64,000 nucleotides of DNA from the NCBI GenBank assembly GCA_904063045.1, contig CAJFCJ010000014.1, positions 248,001 through 312,000 on the forward strand, written 5' to 3'. This document shows, piece by piece, positions 1 to 12,324 of the stretch; the stretch's first letter is position 1, and every line of letters starts with the position of its first letter. The notes under the pieces are model-generated. The model was not told the origin of the DNA. It did not search any database and was given only the letters and a program-made list of their open reading frames with translations. Made by a program: the position numbers and the translations under genes. Source of the DNA: Dimorphilus gyrociliatus (Eukaryota; Animalia; Annelida).

Positions 1-1333
1 TTCCTCCAGGTTCATTTATCGTTTAGAGACGACGCCGCCGAAGGACTTCACTTGAATACAATTACAATTATAAGAAAGTATTGTTTAAGACTTGAAAGTA
101 TCTCCATCGTTCTTCGGAGATGCCATCCGCGCACTATCCTTTTACCTTGCCTCTGTCCAAACTTGGTCTCTTTTAAAATGAATCCTTATATGAAAAGTAC
201 CATTAACTTTGAGAATCTCTTATCGATATCTTCAAAATTAAAGGTAAATGTAGAGAAGATAAATAGTAATTGTCTAATGACTTTTGATCGTTATATAAAC
301 CAATTAGACGCTTCATCTAAGATCGGTAAGAATTCTTCGAGATGATTCTAACGAAGAGGAAAGAAATTACGAAAGGATGACCATTGAAAGTCTTTCATTA
401 TACGCAGTGTCCTTTCCGAATGCTAGAGTTGCAATGAAATTCGTGTCTTCTTTGATATCTTTAAAAGAGTTATACATGAAAAATTCACCGCAATTCGACG
501 AACCATCCTTAGAGATGATTTTCTCAAAGATAGGTTCAAACCTAAATCATTTAAAAATCTTTGGAGACTGCTCTGATTTTGTTTGTAAATTAATTGGTTT
601 ACATTGTTGTAAACTTGCCAAACTGGAATTGAATTTTGAAGAAAATTCAAGAGAATTCCATTCAATAACCGAGAATGAAAACTTTAAAAGTAAACTAATA
701 CTTTTACATCTAACTTCAAACGTAAATAGATATTTGTTTCTTTTTCATCTTTTCATCATTTCTCTTTTTTCCAACCAGCTTTTGCCAACAACTTTATATT
801 CGATAACCAATTTTACAAGACTTATTAGACTCTACTTGACCGACTTTATCGATAATGATTTTTTAATTCTATTAAGCGAAAGATGTCGTCAATTGCAGGA
901 TGCTTATTTCGAAAACTGCGATAAAGTAACATTCTTTACTTTTAAATGTTTGTTTTAAATCTTTTATATACATATCTCTCTCTTTATATTTCTTCTTCTT
1001 CTTCTTCTTCTTCTCCTCCTTCTTCCTCTTCCCAACATTTAGATCAATGATTTTGGAATTTTTAGTTTTACTTCCGGTTGTATTGAATTAGAAACATTGA
1101 AAATGAATAAACTAGAGAATATTAGCGAAAATTCTATAAGACAAATATGTAAATTGATGAATCTAAAGCATCTGTCATTGTACGGCGTTCCAGACCACGT
1201 GGCTAAATTTGGTGTAACATATTTAAAGGTTAGTCGAAATAAAGTCCTCTTTTCTTATCTTATCTAATTACTAATTTTTTCTTATTTAATATAGAACTAT
1301 TCAGAAATTGATAGCTTTCGTATCTCCACGTAA
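1..1333 (+). CDS. Leucine-rich-repeat protein (RNI-like/FBXL-like LRRs), multi-exon, 5' end outside window
   Basis: The open frame from base 1 joins ORF 377-958 and exons ~1042-1228 and 1295-1333 via GT-AG introns (~244-306, ~722-778, ~928-1041, 1229-1294). Repeated LxxLxL motifs with Cys: NLNHLKIFGDC, CCKLAKLELN, RLIRLYLTD, CRQLQDAYFENC, CIELETLKMN, NLKHLSLYG. No F-box is visible inside the window. Confidence 0.7.
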
Positions 1334-1751
1334 CCCATGTGTGTGTGGGGGGGCTACTTTCTTATATTCGAACAGGCCTATTGGTAAATTATTTCTGGAA
1401 TTTTTAAACACTATTGTATAGTGTACTGGTTGTGTTTATTTAAGCCTAGTATTTAGTAAATATACAGTAAGATTACGAAAGTATGCTCTATTAGAGTTGT
1501 TAGATGGTATTTTTATTAAATAACGTAGTACAATGGTTATATTCACGAAACATAAAATAAACCCAGCCGTCTTCTTTCATTTTTTTATATGAAAAAACCA
1601 TATAAATGTATATATTCTATATATTATGAATATTACTGTATACATTTATACAACATCATTATTAGCCATTTTATACTTTGTTGATAAATCTAGTATCATT
1701 CTAACTATTGAACATTCAGAAATGTAGCAATTTCTTCTTTTAGACGATATA

Positions 1752-3844
1752 TCAAGAAATATATGGGCAGTTTCCTTCTGTTACCTTAACATTGTCCAAT
1801 GCTATATCTCCTTTACCAGCTCCTCTAGACCTGGCTGTAATGATTATTTGATCAATGTCATCGGTAGATTTTAAAGGAATATATATATTGTTCCATTTAT
1901 TTCCCATATTCTCGCTCTTTCTGTAGAGTGATGCTTTCAAAAGTCCTCGTCTCGATGATAGTATTTCGAATTCTCCTATTTCGTTTTGAGATCCAGACAT
2001 ATACAAAGACGTTTCTAGACAATAATCTTTGTTATTCAAATTAAAAATTGGCGATTTCAATTGCGTAGAATATCCAAATTGATTATATCTCGCGTCTACG
2101 TATATATACCAGCCGTTTCCTCCCTGTGAATCGCTCTTAGGTCCCAGAGACGGCGTTGAACCATAATGCCTGGTCCATTCGAATTTATTTGATGGACTGT
2201 TTGGATTTTTTAAGACAGACCACAATCCAAAATCCCTTTCAAAGTTACACGTCAATTGTTCTAAAAATAGACAAGATAGCATAAGATGGAGAATTGTTTG
2301 AGATATGAATATGCAATAATGATATTTTGTATAATAAACTTACCTGGAGAAGATGCAACCTGCGAGTTATCTTTACACGAACCGGAATGAACGGATATAT
2401 CATCTATAGCAATATCCCCTCTATAATCTCCTTGAGACGTTGCTCTAATGACAATTTGATGAACATTGTGAAATGGTTTTAAATCAAAGGCGAGTTTGTG
2501 CCATTCATTTCCGAGATTAGCGGACGTTTCGTAATATTTGATTGTATCTAAACCGTCGTAATAGCCGAAAATTTGAAGTTTACCAATTGAATTCGAAGAG
2601 CCAAACATATGATAGTACAACTTAACGCAGTAATTATTATTGTTCAAGCTGAAATACGGAGATACCAATTCCGCAAAGTGACCTTTCTTACTCAGGGATG
2701 CTTCGACGTATGCGTACTTTCCAGTTTTATTACCGTAGGTATGATCGTTAGTGGGTCCTGTGAACAATGAATGTGTGCTTCCTTGATGAAGTCCCCATTC
2801 ATACGAGTTGTATTCCGACTCGGGATATTTCAAACGGTTCCAGGTGCAGAAACCAGGTTCAAAATTACAATTCAAGTATTCTAATGATTGAAAAATGCGT
2901 TTTAATATTAAAATTCTAAAGAGTAAAAAAGAAAAGAAGAAGAAGACGACGAAGAGAAAGAAAAGCTTACGTGGAGGATAATAGACCGGAATTTCAGTTG
3001 GCTTTATAGTTCCAAAATCTCCTTTTAAATACAAAGAGAGTTATTATATAGATATAATTGAATAAACAAGTAAACTATTTACCACGGCAATCGTTTATTT
3101 GGATATCGTCGATTGCGGTAATTCCAAGGATACCTTTCAATCTTCGTACTTGAAAGATAACCTATAAAAATATGCCTATGTAGACAAATAGTTCGTATCC
3201 TTTAAAACTGTTTATATTGAGTTACCTGATCAAATTTTTTGAATGTTTCTAAAGTAGACTTTGTCCATTGTTTGTTAGGATTCTGCCTTCCTACAATTAA
3301 TGTCTTTTCAACAATACGCCCTTTGTTAAGTAGGATTACGAAGAGGTTATTATCAGCGTGATCAATCATATGATGGAATTGAAGACAGAGTCTTAGCGGT
3401 TTGTTCGAGTCAAAGTTAATTTTTGGAGAAGTAATAAAAGTTTCTCGAAAGTCGTGTCCCAAATTCGCAGTATACATATAAGCACCTGAAAGAGAGTAAA
3501 CAAGCTATTTTCCTCTTCAATCTAATTACACCACCGTTTTACCTTTTCTTCCACTGTGTTGGGGAAAATTCAATAAACCCCTTTGGAATTTGAATATTTC
3601 AAGTTCATTAGAGACACTCGGCACGAAGGAACAATTAGAATATTCAAAATCGCATTGCCAATAAATTTTTTGTCCTGTGTTTAAAATTGAAAAGAATTCT
3701 TTTAATTAGTTTTTTCATTCATTCGTTCTTTTATCTAGCAATATAATAAAACAACAAATAAAAACATTTACCAAAATTCGATGGGAACTTGAGAAAGGAT
3801 AGAAAAAATACAAAGTAAAGATAACTCTGTCTCATGTTGTTCAT
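1752..3844 (-). CDS. Secreted protein with 3 MAM domains (MAM gene 0), multi-exon
   Basis: Signal-peptide exon MNNMRQSYLYFVFFLSFLKFPSNF at 3844-3772, then WQCDFEYSNCSF. MAM motifs CNFEPGFCTW...TGPTNDHT...YAYVEAS...GDIAIDDI and CNFERDFGLW...GDIALDNVKVTEGNC in ORFs 2261-3034 and 1752-2282. Confidence 0.85.
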
Positions 3845-4440
3845 GTAAGATTGTGAGGTGGGCATCTATAAATCGTTATATATATATATATATACTTTAT
3901 ATATTCAATTATTTGTAATCGTTATTTAAAAACGAGAGGGAAGTTCTTATCGAGGATATTTCGCAATACGGAAAGTATGAACATTTTCTAGGGTGTTTAC
4001 CCTGGTATTACGGAAGAAATAAAGGTTTAATAGGCATTTGTGAATGGGTTAATTATATATTCGGCTTTATTGATCACTATATTACGTATTTGTTAAAAAA
4101 GAATTTTTGTATTCTAATATAGTTTTCGTACTATTGAAAGAGATAACAATAGAGTGTGACTGAGTGGGCAAACTTACTCATTTAAACCTATTTCAACTGA
4201 TTAACAACTCGTATCTTATATCGAATATAATTAATCGGCCTAGAAAAGGAAAATAGATTTTCGTATCTTTGAACAGTTAAAGATAAATAGGCCTAAAAAG
4301 GTTATCGTGTTTTTTTAATTAACAATTACAAGGTTATTTCTTTTGGTTATTCCACAAAAACCATCTATTTCACACAAACCGACAATGCTTAAAACGGCTT
4401 AGAAAACTCTCCATTAACCACTTACCATCTATGCACTCAA

Positions 4441-4662
4441 ATGGCAAACTCGTCTGCTATCGATATAGAATCTTTCACATGTAAAATATGCTACAAGAGG
4501 CCGTCAAATATTCTCAATTTACCCTGCTCTCATATTATTGCCTGCGAAGCTTGTTTTATAAGCCTAACTCAACCTCATTGTCCAATATGCAGAGATAAAA
4601 TATACGGATTCGTTCGGATAAAATCTGACCTATTCGACTACGAGACTCAATTCTTTGTGTGA
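4441..4662 (+). CDS. Small C3HC4 RING-finger protein (IAP/Mdm2/MUL1-type RING-HC), 73 aa
   Basis: CKIC-x10-PCSH-x2-ACEAC-x7-CPICR has all 8 zinc ligands and the hydrophobic C-terminal tail typical of IAP-class RINGs. Upstream exons cannot be excluded. Confidence 0.75.
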   Translation: MANSSAIDIESFTCKICYKRPSNILNLPCSHIIACEACFISLTQPHCPICRDKIYGFVRIKSDLFDYETQFFV

Positions 4663-4873
4663 AGAAAAGGAAAATAAAAAATATGTTAACTGCCATTAGA
4701 GAAAGTGAAAATCTATAATCTGCCGTTTGCATGTATTCTGTAATCAATTGTCTTATTCTAAAAATACTGATAATAAGAAACATTTCCACTATCGCTTTCA
4801 CCCTTTTAACTATATAGAATACAAGCGTCGAAGAAAACATTAACGTTCCTTAACAACGAGGTGAATATCTTTT

Positions 4874-5890
4874 CTATATTACCATAACATCACAAATAAC
4901 CAATTGATCATTGTCAATTTTCTTAAATATTTGAATGTCAACCATCTTGGTATCGTCACAGTGAAAAATACAATTAGCGATTTCATTACATACTCTTCCA
5001 TTGTTTGAATAAGCAGTAATAGAATATTCGCAATCTTTTATCTCTTTTCCAATAATTTGAAATGATGAAAATGGCGAAGAATTTTCAATTCTTAAAACTA
5101 AAGGATTTGTAGTAGAATATAGACAAGATTCCAATTTATTATCCATTAAATCGTATATTATAGGCTGCTTTTGACTATTGTTTTCTTTGCATTTTGTACT
5201 AAGATCAGGAATTGTAATTGTGTATAGAGGATAAAGACATTCCAATTTCCATACTTGATATTTTAACTTTTCACTTTCATGATCAACATCTCCAAAAAGC
5301 AATGTTTTGATTGGTAATCTCGATGACTTAACCGAAAAATATCCCTCGTCCGTAAACCATTGCTGACCTCCTCCAGTCATATAACATCCCGCTGCGATAT
5401 TGGATTCATCTATACATCTTTTACTGATGAAGCAATTGCATACTCCATCAATAGACGCTTCAGTTGGTTCTATTTGTAAGCCATCCCAAAAAACGAAACT
5501 TTGATCATAAACTGACGTTTCAAAAGTTTCGATTTTCATTCCTTGTCTACAAAATGTTGTTGTCTTTAGAAAGCTATTCAATTCATTTTCATTGAAATCT
5601 TCGTAAATGATATCCTTGACGAACGATTTACCTGCTGCATATCTAGAATCGCTTAGGAGAGTTAAATCTTCAGAGTTGTTATCGAGAAAAGCAATTCCAA
5701 AAGTATCATTTTCTTTTCTGCAACGAATACTCGAAATGTTTCCGCTTTCTAAAGGTTGAATTTGAAAAATTTCATCATTCTTTCCCTTCTGATAATAGAA
5801 GGCCTCTGTACAAGATTCAAAAACATCAGAACCTCCATTAAAACATAGTCTATCAAAGAGGAAAGTAACGATAATGCAGAATGCTATCAT
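4874..5890 (-). CDS. Probably secreted protein with a Caspr/neurexin-IV-type fibrinogen-like domain plus a C-terminal six-Cys domain; single exon
   Basis: 338-aa ORF with a hydrophobic N-terminus. SCTEA...IQPLESG...IRC...LDNNSE...FCRQ...CNCFISKRCID...WFTDEGYF...LPIKTLLFGD...YQVWKLEC follows the pattern I recall for the CNTNAP fibrinogen-like segment (SCEAY..IDPDGSG..YC..HCEQ..CTCGLEGNCID..WTNDTGLL..LPVTKIVITD..YKLGPLLC). Confidence 0.7.
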   Translation of the reverse strand: MIAFCIIVTFLFDRLCFNGGSDVFESCTEAFYYQKGKNDEIFQIQPLESGNISSIRCRKENDTFGIAFLDNNSEDLTLLSDSRYAAGKSFVKDIIYEDFNENELNSFLKTTTFCRQGMKIETFETSVYDQSFVFWDGLQIEPTEASIDGVCNCFISKRCIDESNIAAGCYMTGGGQQWFTDEGYFSVKSSRLPIKTLLFGDVDHESEKLKYQVWKLECLYPLYTITIPDLSTKCKENNSQKQPIIYDLMDNKLESCLYSTTNPLVLRIENSSPFSSFQIIGKEIKDCEYSITAYSNNGRVCNEIANCIFHCDDTKMVDIQIFKKIDNDQLVICDVMVI

Positions 5891-7663
5891 CGTCGTTATC
5901 TAGTCTAGAAGAGACAAGAGCAAGTGAGAGCAACGCCAAGGAAACAATGCGGGGAACATAAAATAATAAAAAGAACTTAATGGAATAATGGATAATTGAT
6001 GACATTTATGTAAATGAGGATAAATTGAGAACGTTTCAAAAGATAAAAAACAATGACTATCTTATGCTTCCTAAGAAAAATGATAAAATAGCAAACAGAA
6101 ATTCTTTGTTGTCTTTTTTCGATATGTTAGCTTTCTGTCAATGTTTTTCGCTTAGCAATTTTAATAAATAAGGAGCGTCAATTAATCACTTTATTCTCTT
6201 CAACTTGATTTATAATATTCGTTTGGATTCTTAATCTTCTAACCCTGGAATTTTAAGAATGTTCAATAATTTCCATCTATATAATATATTACTTTTTAAC
6301 TGGAAAGAGACGGTATTTATGGTTTTTGGATGCAAATTGCATTTTTGCATTACTGCACTGAGTATCCTTCAATAAATATCTTTATGTAAATTGTGTGGTT
6401 TATGAGGAGTACCGAAACAATTTTACCGTTTTCTCTGCTTCTTGACTATTCTTCTACTTCTTGAATTCGTAGGATCTTCAAATGGGAAAAAAGAGGAAGA
6501 GGTGAAGGAGGATAGGTAACCATTTAGTTCGTAAAAATGCTTAGTCATGGTTTGTGCCATTCGCATTTATCTAAAAGGGTTAGGTTTACACACGTAAATT
6601 AAAGTCAAGGAATGATATGTATGGTCGACAATGGCTGAAGATAGATAAGAAACATCTACCAAAATTTGATGGATTTCTATTAGCAACCGTGTAAAATATA
6701 CTGCTGGAAATCATAGAGTAAACGTAAGGGATTCGGTATAAAAGTAACATAGAATAGAAAAATATTCAATAAAAAATTGGTAGTAGACAAAGGTTTCATG
6801 AGATATTTAAAAAAATGCTTGAATATATGATAATCAATTATTTCTTGTTCATTGTTCATTATTGTCATAGCGATGTCTCCAAAGTCGGTATTCATTAAAT
6901 AATAAAGCTCTTCTTTTCTATGTCAATTCGTAATCATTCGAAAAACCTTCAATTGTTGTAAATAAATTTATATGCTTTCCATTTTTAGCAAAAAGATGAT
7001 ATTTTACGAAAAGTATCTCTCTCAAAAGGCTGCAGGTCAAGATCTAAATATATCGTTTGAAGCCAAACTTAAAGTTATATAAAACAAAATTAAACTAAAT
7101 GAATGAAATTTCATGATAACTGTAATATTACGCAATATAGAATCTCTTCAAATAATTCTACCATAAGCAATGGAATTATATAGTAACTTAATAACGTTCG
7201 TTTCCAAAATAGATAACCTGACATTTGCAAGGAAAATATCACAATATGTGAATCGAATAAAACACAATAATTATATGAGAATGCTATGAATTATGCATGT
7301 TTTCATATTCTTTAGATACTTTTTGATCACATTGACCGAATCATTTAATGACATCTGACTTTATTTATTAACAAATCAATAAGCAAAATGGCTGTAAAAA
7401 GTTATGCATAGATTTAAACTTTTCAAATCACTGATATGTTCAAAGAATCTACAAGATACACCATTTTGTTGTTCAAATAAAGCAATTTTACAGTTCACAG
7501 TGTAACAAGAATATGGCTTTATTTACCGAAAAAAGACCCCTTCTATAATCAAATCAGTGCAATTTAACAAGGGGTCCATATGAAAGGACATAACTTGAAT
7601 ACTACATAGTAGATACAGTAATACTATTAGCATATACAGTATATAAAACAATCCCATGAATTG

Positions 7664-10600
7664 CTAATAAAATTGAACTCCAAGACACATAAATCCATTC
7701 AAACTTTTCAAGTCACTACTCAGATCGATTCCTTCAAAAATGTTATCAAACACAATTTGTTGAAGATGACTACAAGATAGAATTATCTCTTTAAGCAATG
7801 CTTTATCCTTTGAGTAGTTTTCAAGACTACAATCCGATATGTCCAATTTCCTAAGAATCTTTTGAAATCCAATGAATTTTTGAATAGCACGCAGACAACT
7901 TTCGTCTAATTTACATTTCCGAAATACAATCTCTTCAATATTGTTGCAGACATTTGGAATGCTGTTTAGGAGATTGCCAAATCTATTCTCCATATCTCCA
8001 TTCATTAGATGCAGAGATGCGAGTTTCGTTTGACATCCAATAACTATGGCCATGTTTTCGTGAAGACTATTGGAGAAATTCGATATATCCAGCTTTAATT
8101 CTCTTATATTCGAGTATCTGGGTAGAATATATTGAAAGATGTCGGATTTTTTATGACTTTCCCAACTGCTATTCGAATAAAACAGCTTTTGAAGACGAGT
8201 TTGATTGTCGATGAATTTTCCTAGATGCTCGTTCATATCTTCTTTATATGCGATATTTAACAAATCCAAATGTTCAACTGTGCAACACGACTCTAAAATA
8301 CACTGAAATAAGTTTCTTCCACTTTCTTCTTCGAACTTGGCCGATGATAGACTAAGAGTGTTCAGATTCTTTTGTCGTTGTATTAATCTTCCAATATCCT
8401 CACTCAGATTATTTGAAAAGTGTACTTTATCGAGATAAAGTTTAGAAATGTTGCAACAAAACTCGGGATTATCCGGAAACATAGAATCGTCTATATTGAT
8501 AGGCATTTCTGTGCAGGTAATTCCGCTAAGATCAAGGTAGTTAAGTTGAGTCTGGCAAGCGATGAATGCTCCAAAGTCTTGCCGATTTTGTCGAGACAAT
8601 TCGTAATTGGGTACAGATAGTTCGGTTAGATTGAAAGATGGCGAAGGTATGTGTTTAAATATATTTGCTATAGAGACTCCATCAATATCGGTGTAGGAGA
8701 GACAGAGTTTGTTTAGTCGCGTTTGCCGTCCTAAAAACTGAGCGAGATGTTTGTCAGTATCGTTTAAACAGCATTCGCTACAATCGAGAAAGATTTGTTC
8801 AATATTGCAGCACAACGGAGATATATGCTGAAAGAGATTAGTATCGAATAAATTGAGAATAATTCTTCCAGTAATGTTTAAATGTTTCAGATCCTTTTGT
8901 CGTCCTATTAAACTTCCGGCAGCTTCTAAGTATTCTTCTTGAATTGGAGATTTAATTAATGATATAGATTTCAACGTTGATACGGACTCCATTACCGAGA
9001 AAAAATCCTGAGCAAAGGATTCTCTAATATATGTAGATTGAACTGTAAAAGTTTGAATGTTTGGAGATCGTTTAATGATGCCACTTCTGTCAGTAACATC
9101 AAGATATTCTAAGGCTTCATTACTGATAACAATATCAGTAATTTCCAATTGTTTAAAGTAGTTTGCAATAGTGAAATATTGATTAGGTTGGACAAACTTT
9201 TGTCTACCAATGATTAAGGTTTTAAATCTTTTAAGACGGAAAAATTCAAAGTATATCATATCTGCTAATTCTAAATTGAAGTCTCTTGAATCCAGGACAC
9301 TTTTAATGTTGTTAAAATTATAATTAAGATTATCTGTTGGTGAGTTTAGAGACATTAAGGTAGTATTCTCTTTGATAAGAATTACTAAATCCAAGAGAAT
9401 TTCAATATCAAGATTTGGACCGTAAAATGTCAAAATTTTGATTTTGTTTTTCTCCTTGGCAATCTTTTCGAAAAATTCCAATGCAGCGTCATTTTCGAAG
9501 GGATTAGAGGATAAATCCAGATCGAATAATGACTGAAATCTATATAGATTACGGGTAAACCAACTTAGAAAATTCGAATCCAAGTTGCAATTGTTCATGT
9601 AGAGTTTTTGAAGTTTAGGCATATTTAACACTATAGAATAGTCCCATTTTAGAATTCCTTTAAAGTTATTATCACTAACGTTAAGAACGGTTATATTATC
9701 GTATTTGAAAAGATAACATAACATCATTTGATCTAATTTACATTCACTAACATCCAATTCCAAATCTGGATACTTTTGAAGATAATTTAATTTCAAAAGA
9801 CGTTCCATATTCTCTCTATCGTGATCACCGTCGGAAAAGTCAATTTTCTTTATAACTTTCAATATATCAAATAAGTAGACGTAGTCGTTAAAATTCACCT
9901 TTTGACCATTCACACCAATAGTATTGATACTTTGAGATGAATTGATCATTTTCTCAACAAAGTTCCTTATAATTCGGTCATCGAGTTCATTTTTTCCAAG
10001 ATACAAACTTGTCACGTGTATTTCGGTCTTTAATGTTTCAGCCTTCTTTTTCAAATGTTCTATTTGATACGTATTGATGTTAGGAAGCTTAAGCGTTTTC
10101 ATACTTTTCATCATTAGTATTGTCTCCATAAACGAGAAATCGGCCGATTCATTTAGTTCGTTATTTAATAATTCCAGTTGCGATAAGTGTTTACTTTTCT
10201 TCAATAAACGACAAAGACCGTCGTTGGATAATTGCGAATCGCAATGGTTAAGAATTAGAACTTTTAACTTTGTTAGATTTTCACTTATGCAATTGAACAA
10301 GTATTTTGATGATTCCTCATCAAATTCATTTCCGGAAAAGTCCAACTTTTCCAATGGACTGTTCATACTAAACATATGTCCCATTTGCATAAAATGTTCG
10401 CTATTCAATGAACAATATATAGATGAAACAGTAGTAATTACGGTTGATTTCCCCAATCTTTTACTTATATTTCTAATATCAACAACTGAAAAAGGCAAAC
10501 AAGTGAGTATTCTCTTCAAAAGTCTTATTATATTCTATTTATAATAAAAGAAAGAAAAGACTTACCACTAACATCTCTGTCTTGAATATGAAATTTATCA

Positions 10601-12324
10601 ATACTCTTATAATCTATCATTCGAAACTTGCATGTTATATAATCCGTATCTTCACTTTCCCTTCTTCTTAGATTAAGCTTTGTTTCACTCCTAGTAGTAC
10701 TTTCAATACTGTATTTCAGGATTATTTCATTTGTTTCAATTTCCGAATGCTGGAGAAAAGGTTGAATATTTGCTACTTTTAATGAATTATCCGGTTTTGA
10801 AAGTTCATTGAATATCATATTTATCTTCTCTTCTTTTTCTTCCATTACTCTATCCTTCTCTAAACACAGATTAATATATTCAACAACAAAATAATCACGG
10901 AATAAAGAATGATAGAATTTAAAAAGTTTCTTTCCATTTTCAACGTAAGGTATCAACAAATCTGCAACATTCTGACAACTTTCGAGAAGATCCGACAATT
11001 CCATCGGTGTTCCGTAGAAGTAGTTATTAAATGCTTTTCTGCAACATTCCATCATTACTCCGTCGAAATCAAAATTCCCTTTGAAAGTATAAATGTGATC
11101 TTTCATATTATTAAAAAGTGACTTAAATATTTTCAGTTTAGGGCAATTATTCCATTTATCCATATTCTTCCAAGTAAATAGTAGTAATAAAGCATTTAAG
11201 GGATTGTAACATATGTGATGCATGGAATTAATCAATACCGATATATTTCTCTCAAGACTAATTGCTTTCTTATTATCCGTTTTTAGATTAAGATTAGCGT
11301 CGAAATACAACAAGTTTTTGTTGGAAAAGTGGATCAGATTTTCATCTGATATACATCTTTCAGGTTGATTATCATCGAAATAATCTGGGTTAATACAAAA
11401 TCTCAATACGAAGAGAGTCATATGATAAAAACTAAAACCCGTGATTTCAAAAATATGATCGTATTCCTTCCCTAGATCTTCCATTCTCCAATATCTCGAC
11501 CACGAAATCATAGCAAACTTTTTGTGAAGATTTGTAGCTTTTATATCGAGAATTCGATTACGATTTCGATTTGTATTATCATTTTCATCAAAGAAGAACA
11601 CGATATTTCTACGACGATTATCTTGTAGATCGTTCAAATAATAGTTGAGTAATTGTTTTGTTACTTTTGAATTAGGAGAGAAATTTTGTCTGAGCAGAAT
11701 ATCGAGAAAATCTTCATCATCCGAAATTTCGTCCATTTTCACTAAAATGACCAAATAATTGGAAAATATGTTGTAATTGGTCGCCCAAAGATTCAAAAGC
11801 TTTAGACAATGATACGTTTTACCAATTCCCGCCTCGCCTCCGAAAAGAATAGACTGGTCATTATTCATTCCATTTAAATGATTAATTAGGTCAATAGTAA
11901 GACCTTCGCTAGAATAAACGTTCGATTTACTTCTGGAAATGATTTGAATAGGAATGATATAATCTAAAAATGATTTATTCATTTTTCCTCTTTTCAAGAA
12001 TGGAGATTTTTGAATATTTGAAATTTCTTCCAGAACGAATTCTCTTCTTTCTTCAATCAAACTTTTCCATGTATTTTGTAAGCGAATTATTAAATCTGTA
12101 TATTTTGATTCGGATATTTCGCTGAGTAATGAAATTATCCGATCAGTAGGTTGGAATAGAATGAAATTATTGAATAAATATTCAAAATCATTCTTCAATC
12201 TCTTCTTCTCTCCATCTTCATCAGTAGTATTTTGTTGTATAATATAATTGCAGAATTCGTCGTCATCCTTTAGCGTTTGCCAGAGGATATTTTGATGATA
12301 AAGCAAAAGTGGATTTCTCTCCAT
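7664..12324 (-). CDS. NLR-type protein: N-terminal helical domain + NACHT NTPase + long LRR array (~1520 aa, two exons)
   Basis: Walker A GEAGIGKT, Walker B IVFFFDEND, sensor-1 ISWSR, FEITGFS, CYNPL and the winged-helix motif FKFYHSLFRDYF lie in ORF 10528-12324. A single in-frame intron at ~10565-10488 (GTAAGT...TTTCAG) joins the LRR ORF 7664-10519. Confidence 0.88.

Noticed and set aside
5853-6005. 50-codon hydrophobic ORF (MSSIIHYSIKFFLLFYVPRIVSLALLSLALVSS...) on the minus strand overlapping the start of the Caspr-like gene in another frame
   Set aside because: No usable intron joins it (the only GT-AG gap is ~20 nt) and the main ORF has its own hydrophobic N-terminus. It could be a uORF or chance.
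6000-7600. ORF 6680-6895 and other short open stretches between the Caspr-like gene and the NLR
   Set aside because: No recognisable domain or consistent splice model.
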